DNA of 60,729 nucleotides from NCBI GenBank assembly GCA_050747045.1, contig JBOGNC010000001.1, positions 1 to 60,729 on the forward strand, read 5' to 3'. Of the stretch, positions 55,513 to 60,729 are shown piece by piece. Positions within the stretch are counted from its first letter, which is position 1; each line of letters opens with the position of its first letter. Made by a program: the position numbers and the translations under genes. This DNA comes from Candidatus Acidiferrales bacterium. GTDB taxonomy: Bacteria; Acidobacteriota; Terriglobia; Acidiferrales; UBA7541. The notes below the pieces were generated by a model. That model was not told where the DNA came from, did not search any database, and saw only the letters and a list, made by a program, of their open reading frames with translations.

Positions 55513-56574
55513 TTACTCGCCGCACTGCCCATATTCCTTCAGTTTTCGATAGACGGTGGTTTTGCCAATACCCAACAGCCGTGCGGCAGCGATTTTGTCC
55601 CCCTCGGCTACCTCTAGCGCCTTCATGATGGCGCTCCGTTCTAGTTGAGCTAAGCTCTGCGTGTCCGTCGCCGAGCAGTTATTGGCGATCTTTTCGGGGA
55701 TTGGATAACCATCTTCGTTCCTGAGGACCGGCCCCGAACCGAGCGCGATCGAGCGCGCCACGAAGTTCTCTAGTTCACGCACGTTTCCCGGCCAGTTGTA
55801 GGAAGTTACGAATCGCCAAAACTCGTTAGAAATGGTCTCTACGGGCCGCATTGGGTCGGCGTGTCTTTCAAGGAATGCGGCGACGAGGAGCGGGATATCG
55901 GCTTTCCGCTCACGTAGCAGGGGCATCTCGATGGGGATGACATTCAGGCGATAATAGAGGTCGCTCCTAAATCTTCCGGCATCGACAGCATTCCTCAAAT
56001 CGCGATGTGTTGCCGCGATGAATCTAACGTTGACTGGCCGGGCCTGCGCGGAGCCGACCGGCCGGACCTCACGTTCTTGAATTACGCGAAGAAGTTTCGC
56101 CTGCAATTCAGTTGGCAATTCTCCAATCTCGTCCAAGAACAGGCTGCCGGCGGCCTCAACCAGCCCCTTCTTATTTGCATCCGCGCCCGTGAAGGAGCCT
56201 CGCAGATGGCCGAACAATTCGGACTCGATCAGCGTCTGCGTTAAGGATGAGCAATCTACGGCAACAAACGGAGCGTCTCTCCGTAGACCCGAATTGTGAA
56301 TACATCGAGCCACAAGTTCCTTCCCGGTGCCAGTCTCACCGAGAATCAGTACCGGAAAGGGACGGTCCGTTGCCTTGCGGATAAGCTCGTGAACCATCCG
56401 CATCGCCGCGGAAACGCCGATCAGACCTCCCTGGCCAGCCATGGAAGCCAATTGGGCTCGGAGCGCGTGAAGTCCCATATTTTGCGATTGTGGAACTCGG
56501 TAATCCTCAATGGTTTGCGATTCACCTGAACGCGGGAAGGCTTCGGTGAAACAACCTCCACTCGACATAAGCAC
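55513..56574 (-). CDS. sigma54-dependent transcriptional activator (bEBP) lacking a sensory/receiver domain
   Basis: 353 aa. The AAA+ core starts about residue 50 (LIGVSAAMRMV...LILGETGTGKE). It has the GAFTGA-loop variant GSFTGA (56182-56199), FLDEIGEL, and a C-terminal Fis-type HTH (AAARLLGIGKTTVYRKLKEYG). Confidence 0.85.
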   Translation of the reverse strand: MLMSSGGCFTEAFPRSGESQTIEDYRVPQSQNMGLHALRAQLASMAGQGGLIGVSAAMRMVHELIRKATDRPFPVLILGETGTGKELVARCIHNSGLRRDAPFVAVDCSSLTQTLIESELFGHLRGSFTGADANKKGLVEAAGSLFLDEIGELPTELQAKLLRVIQEREVRPVGSAQARPVNVRFIAATHRDLRNAVDAGRFRSDLYYRLNVIPIEMPLLRERKADIPLLVAAFLERHADPMRPVETISNEFWRFVTSYNWPGNVRELENFVARSIALGSGPVLRNEDGYPIPEKIANNCSATDTQSLAQLERSAIMKALEVAEGDKIAAARLLGIGKTTVYRKLKEYGQCGE

Positions 56575-56677
56575 ACCGCCTTTTTATGCGTTTTGAAAAA
56601 CGAAAATCCCACTGCATGCGGTCAGAATCCCGGCGCCTTGACCGGGCGATGGGTCTCTATGACGAGCGTCCACTGAT

Positions 56678-58264
56678 TTGGCAAACAGCCAACTCATTGT
56701 TACAGTCCGCCGCGAAATGGACGAGGCGCTGAAGGCCATCGAAGGTTCACAACCGAGTATTGGTGAGCGAACCGTTCTTAAACTGAAACCCAAAGGTGCG
56801 AAAACGGAGTGCCTGTTTGTGGATGGCACGTCCATCTTGCTGTCGAATTTCTTGGCCGGTTTCGTTCGCACCGGCGACGAATTACTTTTTCCTTTGGAGC
56901 TGCAGGCAACCGGCGCCGGCACACAAATCTACATTCGCAAAACAAGTACCCAGGAAAAAAGGAATGACGCACTTCAGGCCGAGATCGGCTACGCGACACA
57001 GCCGAGGAGAGACAAGCGAGGTAATCTGTTCGTTTCCGCTGAGGTGGTCGGTGGTTCTCTGGGGATCTCCGCCATCCACCTGCGTTGCGAGGCGTTGAAG
57101 GATTATTTCTATGTTGGCAATCGTCGGCGCGCGTGGGACCGGCAACCTTCGTTGTACGAACTGCTGCGGGTCAATACCAACGTAGCCCCGGCCGAACTGC
57201 GCCTCGCCTTCAAACTTCGCACGCTCGAACTCCGCGCGGCCCACGCACCAGCCGGCGAACTTCGTGCGCTAGAGCGCGCTTTCAATATCCTGGCGCATCC
57301 AGAACTGCGCGCTTGCTACGACGCCCTCCTGAATGACCCTGCAGCGCCTGCACTCTTTCCGCACAACGGCTTTGGTTCCTTGCTGGTTGCTGGAGATCGC
57401 TCCCGTGACGGCACGACCTTCTACGCTTTCCGCATCCTCTCGTTCTTGCCCGAACAGAAGACGAAGCGCATGCAAGTGCCACTGCGGAAATGCACTTTCT
57501 ACGACGATCGCGCGATCTATCGAGACGCGCAGCGGAAGTGCGAAATCATGTTCGATCAGGCGGCGGTCCCGCTTTCGTGGGATTCCACCTGGAACCAGTG
57601 GAAACATCTGCTCGGCGCGAAGATCGGCATTAAGGCAGCCTTCATCCAGAGCGGGAAATATCGGCGCCGCGGTGAGGCATGGCATTTCGTCCGGTGGGAA
57701 ACTGCGCTGCCGAGCCGCATTGAAGCTACGCTCCCGGTCAACATTGCCGAGCAAATTGGTGAGGCGCGTCACACGCATCATCGCTTCGGTCAATTCGCTG
57801 AAGCCCTCGACAGAATCCGGACGCGCACTGAATCTGCGCCCATCGAAAGAGCTGACCTGCAAAGGCTCTGTGCCGGCTTAGGCATCCCTGGGGATTTCGA
57901 CGTCGCGTTAATCACATGGAAGGCAGACTACGACGCCTTCTATCACAGGCAACTGTGCAAGCGAGCCCGCCGACTCTACGTGTTCCGGTCGGAGTACATC
58001 TTCGACCTTGAGAAGTGGGTCATTGTCGAAATACCGCAGCTCGGCCACGCCACCTATTTATTCTCCAAGCCTGCCAGCATGACCGAGTTCTTGGCTCTCT
58101 ATACGATGGTCACCAGAGAAGACATTCTCCAGAACCGCGGCAACGTGGCCGAGAAGCTCGGCTTCTTGGGTCGAATTATTCATGGCCTCAAACCGCAAGC
58201 GTGGTTGAAGGAACTAAAAGTGCGCCTCGGTGAGGTCGTTGATTATGCCGACATTTCCGAATAG
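56678..58264 (+). CDS. hypothetical protein with a degenerate J-domain-like segment
   Basis: 528 aa. Residues about 157-218 (SLYELLRVNTNVAPAELRLAFKLRTLELRAAHAPAGELRALERAFNILAHPELRACYDALL) look like a DnaJ J-domain but carry HAP in place of HPD. The start may be the ATG at 56717. Confidence 0.55.
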   Translation: MANSQLIVTVRREMDEALKAIEGSQPSIGERTVLKLKPKGAKTECLFVDGTSILLSNFLAGFVRTGDELLFPLELQATGAGTQIYIRKTSTQEKRNDALQAEIGYATQPRRDKRGNLFVSAEVVGGSLGISAIHLRCEALKDYFYVGNRRRAWDRQPSLYELLRVNTNVAPAELRLAFKLRTLELRAAHAPAGELRALERAFNILAHPELRACYDALLNDPAAPALFPHNGFGSLLVAGDRSRDGTTFYAFRILSFLPEQKTKRMQVPLRKCTFYDDRAIYRDAQRKCEIMFDQAAVPLSWDSTWNQWKHLLGAKIGIKAAFIQSGKYRRRGEAWHFVRWETALPSRIEATLPVNIAEQIGEARHTHHRFGQFAEALDRIRTRTESAPIERADLQRLCAGLGIPGDFDVALITWKADYDAFYHRQLCKRARRLYVFRSEYIFDLEKWVIVEIPQLGHATYLFSKPASMTEFLALYTMVTREDILQNRGNVAEKLGFLGRIIHGLKPQAWLKELKVRLGEVVDYADISE

Positions 58265-58293
58265 AGGATTTGGAAGACTTGCGACAACGGGAT

Positions 58294-58710
58294 TCAGAAC
58301 GGAGCCGCTTCGCTTTCCGCGCCCGTGGCGCTACTCGCTGTGCCATCGGAATTATTGTCGTTGTGGCTCGAATTCTTCGCCTCTCCAAGTACCCGCAGAG
58401 ACGCTACGACGACTTCAGTCACCGTTTTCGTCGCACCTTCCCGATCCTCGAATTTCCGAGTCTGCAGCCGGCCTTCGACAAAGACTACGGTCCCTTTCGC
58501 CACAAACTGTTCTGCGATCTGCGCCAGCTTGTCCCACGCGACGCAACGAACCCATTCCACGTGCTGGTTTCCATCCTTCTTGTTGCGGAATGGTTGATTG
58601 ATGGCGAGCGAGAAATTCGCGACAGATTTGCCCGCAGACGTGGATTTCACTTCTGCATTCTGCCCGGCATTCCCGAGAAGAATGACTTTGTTTACTCCGA
58701 TGCTGGACAT
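58294..58710 (-). CDS. ssb: single-stranded DNA-binding protein
   Basis: 138 aa with an OB fold (VNKVILLGNAGQNAEVK...VANFSLAIN...VEWVRCVAWDKLAQIAEQFVAKGTVVFVEGRLQTRKFEDREG), a disordered tail and a C-terminal acidic/aromatic tip ending AAPF. Confidence 0.9.
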   Translation of the reverse strand: MSSIGVNKVILLGNAGQNAEVKSTSAGKSVANFSLAINQPFRNKKDGNQHVEWVRCVAWDKLAQIAEQFVAKGTVVFVEGRLQTRKFEDREGATKTVTEVVVASLRVLGEAKNSSHNDNNSDGTASSATGAESEAAPF

Positions 58711-58982
58711 GATGTGTGGGCCTCCATTTACCCGAGAAATTCAAAAGGTAGCCATGAAACGGGGGATTGGCGAAAAAAGGGACCAAGAGAAAAGCGAATC
58801 GCGGCAGTGCTAGCCTTCAGGCGGCAAATTCAGACAAAACCCAAGCGCTCCAACAAATTGCAATTCCCTTCAGACGCCGCAGTCCGTACTACGCGCAACG
58901 AAATGACCTTCACACCCTCGCCCATCCGGTTTGACAGCATGGCCGGACGGCTTACGATTTGCTTCGAACGTAGCGAGGCCGG

Positions 58983-59396
58983 ATGGACAACGGAAGACCG
59001 CCGATTGGAAAGAGACAGGTTGGTGACCCAACCGTCGTCGCCTGCGTGGTATTCCAAACCCGAGATCCCGAGCATCTCTTGGAACTGTTGCGCGAAGCGT
59101 TGACCGGAATCGCTGATCCTTTGCCGGAAACCTCGGCATCCTTACCAACAATTGCTCCACGGAGCGATTCCGATCCGTGGCTAAGGCACCCCGAGGCTGC
59201 GGAATATCTTGGAATAGCAACGAGCACGCTCTACCGATACGCGTGCCAGCAGAGGATTGAATCTCGGAAGCTCTGCGGTCGTCTTGAGTACCGTCGCTCC
59301 GTGTTGGACAAATTCAAAGATTTGCACATCCGCCCGGCCGCCCGATGGCCCTCCCCAAGGCGTATAATTCCTGCGGCGCTCGGCTCCGGCAAGTGA
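58983..59396 (+). CDS. xis: excisionase-family HTH DNA-binding protein
   Basis: The C-terminal part WLRHPEAAEYLGIATSTLYRYACQQRIESRKLCGRLEYRRSVLDKF is a typical excisionase/MerR-like HTH. It lies immediately upstream of int. The start is uncertain. Confidence 0.6.
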   Translation: MDNGRPPIGKRQVGDPTVVACVVFQTRDPEHLLELLREALTGIADPLPETSASLPTIAPRSDSDPWLRHPEAAEYLGIATSTLYRYACQQRIESRKLCGRLEYRRSVLDKFKDLHIRPAARWPSPRRIIPAALGSGK

Positions 59397-59407
59397 GAGG
59401 AGCGTCA

Positions 59408-60538
59408 GTGGGGCTATACAAAAGGAAAGACTCGCGATTCTGGTGGATGGACTACACGGCGAAAGGCGAACAACGGTGCGAGTCGACCAAAACCTCCAGC
59501 AAAGATCTGGCAAAGAAGATATGGAAGAAACGCGAAGCCGAGATCGCACTGGGGCGTTTTCAGGTCGGCTGGCCCGGCGAGCGAATGACCTTCGCAGCAT
59601 TATGCGAAGAGTTTTTAGATTCGCACAGTTCGACGCTTTCTCCGAAAAGTCAGGAAAACCACCGGATTTTCAGCAAGCATCTGCGAAGCTACTTTGGGGA
59701 CCGCAAATTGACGGATATCGATGAGCGGGCCGTCGTGGACTACCGCAATTATCGACGCCGCCAGCCGTTAAGGTGGAATCCAAAGCGAACGGTGAAAGGG
59801 GCTACGGTCAACCGGGAGTTAGCGTGCCTACACTGCATCTTCCAGTTTGCGCTCAAGCGAAAATACATTGGCGAGAATCCGACCGCCGGTGTGAAGCATT
59901 TCAACGAGCGTATTGAGAGGCCAACCAAGAGTATGCTCACTGTAGAAGACGAACATCGGATCCTTGAAGCGGCGCCGCCGTACCTCCGGGTTGCGATTGT
60001 GCTGCTCGTTCAGACCGGTGGGAGAACCTACAGTGAGGGATTGTCGCTGAGGTGGGACCAGGTGGACCTCGCCCACGGTGTCATACATCTCGGCGGCAGC
60101 GTCAAGACGACCGACTCAGCTCAGCCGTTGCCTTTGAGCCGGTTGGCTTGCGACGTTCTCAAGGAATGGAAGAAGGAGCAGGGTTCGGAGAGTCCATTTG
60201 TATTTCCGAGCCCGAAGACGCAGGGCAAACCTATATGCAGCGTCAAACACGCATGGCGGACGACTCTGAAGAACGCTGGTGTGCCGTACTTCCCGATTTA
60301 CAATCTGCGTCACGTATTCTGCACGCGACTCAGTTGGGTCGCTCCAGATGCGGTGGTGCAGCGGGCGATGCGGCACAGCAGTCCAGAGACGAAACGCCAT
60401 TACCAGCTCGGTATGGTTGATCAGGTTCGTGAGGGCATTGAACAGGCCAACGAACGAGCCTATCAGGGGAAACAGAAACTACTACGTTTTTACTACGTTT
60501 CTCCCAAAGAAGAAAAAGAGGCTGCCGAGGCCTCGTAG
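59408..60538 (+). CDS. int: tyrosine site-specific integrase (element B)
   Basis: GTG 59408 gives the typical N-terminus GLYKRKDSRFWWMDYT. The catalytic region has QTGGRTYSEGLSLRW...LRHVFCTRL...MRHSSPETKRHY (R, H-x-x-R, H, Y). It ends 26 bp from the att repeat. Confidence 0.9.
   Translation: MGLYKRKDSRFWWMDYTAKGEQRCESTKTSSKDLAKKIWKKREAEIALGRFQVGWPGERMTFAALCEEFLDSHSSTLSPKSQENHRIFSKHLRSYFGDRKLTDIDERAVVDYRNYRRRQPLRWNPKRTVKGATVNRELACLHCIFQFALKRKYIGENPTAGVKHFNERIERPTKSMLTVEDEHRILEAAPPYLRVAIVLLVQTGGRTYSEGLSLRWDQVDLAHGVIHLGGSVKTTDSAQPLPLSRLACDVLKEWKKEQGSESPFVFPSPKTQGKPICSVKHAWRTTLKNAGVPYFPIYNLRHVFCTRLSWVAPDAVVQRAMRHSSPETKRHYQLGMVDQVREGIEQANERAYQGKQKLLRFYYVSPKEEKEAAEAS
60480..60497. repeat. arm-type repeat pair TACTACG-N4-TACTACG inside the 3' end of int
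   Basis: This 18-mer is identical to 23140-23157. Confidence 0.7.
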
Positions 60539-60542
60539 TAAG
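60534..60542. repeat. inverted arm-type heptamer copy (CGTAGTAAG) overlapping the int stop codon
   Basis: Same 9-mer as at 23219 and 23230. Confidence 0.6.
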
Positions 60543-60564
60543 TGATTGAAATTGCAGGCAGATG

Positions 60565-60613
60565 GTTGGTGGACGTGGCCGGGATCGAACCGGCGACCCC
60601 CTGCTTGCAAAGC
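60565..60613. repeat. 49-bp direct repeat within and next to the intact tRNA-Ala (att site)
   Basis: Identical to 22952-23000. Confidence 0.95.
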
Positions 60614-60642
60614 AGGTGCTCTCCCAGCTGAGCTACACGCCC
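60567..60642 (-). tRNA. tRNA-Ala (anticodon UGC), CCA encoded
   Basis: The reverse complement GGGCGTGTAGCTCAGCTGGGAGAGCACCTGCTTTGCAAGCAGGGGGTCGCCGGTTCGATCCCGGCCACGTCCACCA folds as a 76-nt cloverleaf. It has a 7-bp acceptor stem with the G3:U70 Ala identity pair, the anticodon loop TTTGCAA and the T-loop GGTTCGATCC. Confidence 0.95.
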
Positions 60643-60729
60643 AAAAGTGAGGGACGCTCTGATTCTAAGGCACTTTCTTATTTGACCGTTACTCCAATCC
60701 TCATTTCCAACTCCGCTGTGCCAAAACTG

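Larger units (their letters stand above)
22952..60613. mobile_element. tRNA-Ala-integrated genomic island (element B), ~37.7 kb, non-conjugative (putative integrative mobilizable or replicative element)
   Basis: Bounded by perfect 49-bp direct repeats, with the integrase and excisionase next to the intact tRNA. It has arm-type repeats at both ends and MGE-typical genes (ParB-like, DUF932-like, SSB, TA pairs). No T4SS, T4CP or relaxase recognised. Confidence 0.85.

Noticed and set aside
44048-56574. Assignment of the 13-gene block to DISARM, BREX or classical type I/III R-M
   Set aside because: I see no DrmA/DrmB(DUF1998)/PLD, no PglZ/PglX-sized methyltransferase/BrxC, and no HsdR/HsdS or Res-like subunit. 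The methyltransferase is a small stand-alone NPPY enzyme. The resemblance is only at the level of enzyme classes.
58948-58963. Second sigma54-like element cGGCttacgatTTGCt upstream of xis-int
   Set aside because: It has the correct GG-N10-GC spacing and a good -12 box, but the -24 box matches only GGC. Matches of this quality are expected by chance several times in 60 kb. It is kept only as something a PWM scan would re-evaluate.
58270-59103. 277-aa plus-strand ORF
   Set aside because: Its first half is antisense to the unequivocal ssb gene. The remainder (58711-59103) has no motifs and contains promoter-like non-coding features upstream of xis.
22952-60613. Element B as a prophage
   Set aside because: I recognise no terminase, portal, capsid, tail, holin or lysin genes. 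The replication/recombination-type genes alone do not make it a phage, though a satellite-like lifestyle cannot be excluded.

Overview
This is a 60.7-kb GC-rich window (roughly 55-60% GC by eye) of bacterial chromosome, and almost all of it is mobile DNA. Two unrelated integrative elements sit in tandem in the 3' half of a single tRNA-Ala(UGC) gene. The intact tRNA is at 60567-60642 on the minus strand, and 49-bp direct repeats of its 3' half lie at 22952-23000 and 60565-60613. Element A (1 to ~23000, left end not recognisable in the window) is an integrative conjugative element. It carries a compact VirB/Trb-type T4SS (virB2-B3-B4-B9-B10-trbJ-virB6-virB8), an embedded XRE regulator, and two Replic_Relax-like proteins where a relaxase would be expected. 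It also has a dense iteron/inverted-repeat region (candidate oriT, 17127-17331), a coupling protein, VirB11, a RepB-type primase and a tyrosine integrase. Upstream of these lie an ECF sigma/anti-sigma pair, an orphan DPPY DNA methyltransferase and an aldo/keto reductase. Element B (22952-60613, ~37.7 kb) has its own integrase/excisionase next to the tRNA and TACTACG arm-type repeats at both ends. It encodes SSB, a beta-clamp (DnaN) paralogue, DUF932-like and ParB-like proteins, and five toxin-antitoxin-like pairs. It also carries two blocks of metabolic cargo with decayed IS and NrdJ fragments, but no transfer machinery. The most interesting part is a 12.5-kb block of 13 co-directional genes (44048-56574, minus strand). 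It is led by a sigma54 activator that lacks a sensory domain and contains an NPPY adenine methyltransferase and an SNF2 helicase. It also has several proteins with no recognisable domains, and ends in a translationally coupled pair: a Cas4-like Fe-S nuclease and a zinc-hook Rad50/SMC-like ATPase. I consider this block a candidate undescribed DNA-surveillance system (defence, anti-defence or recombination). I saw no rRNA, CRISPR array, reverse transcriptase or phage structural genes. All family assignments come from motif recognition by eye on the supplied translations, not from database searches.
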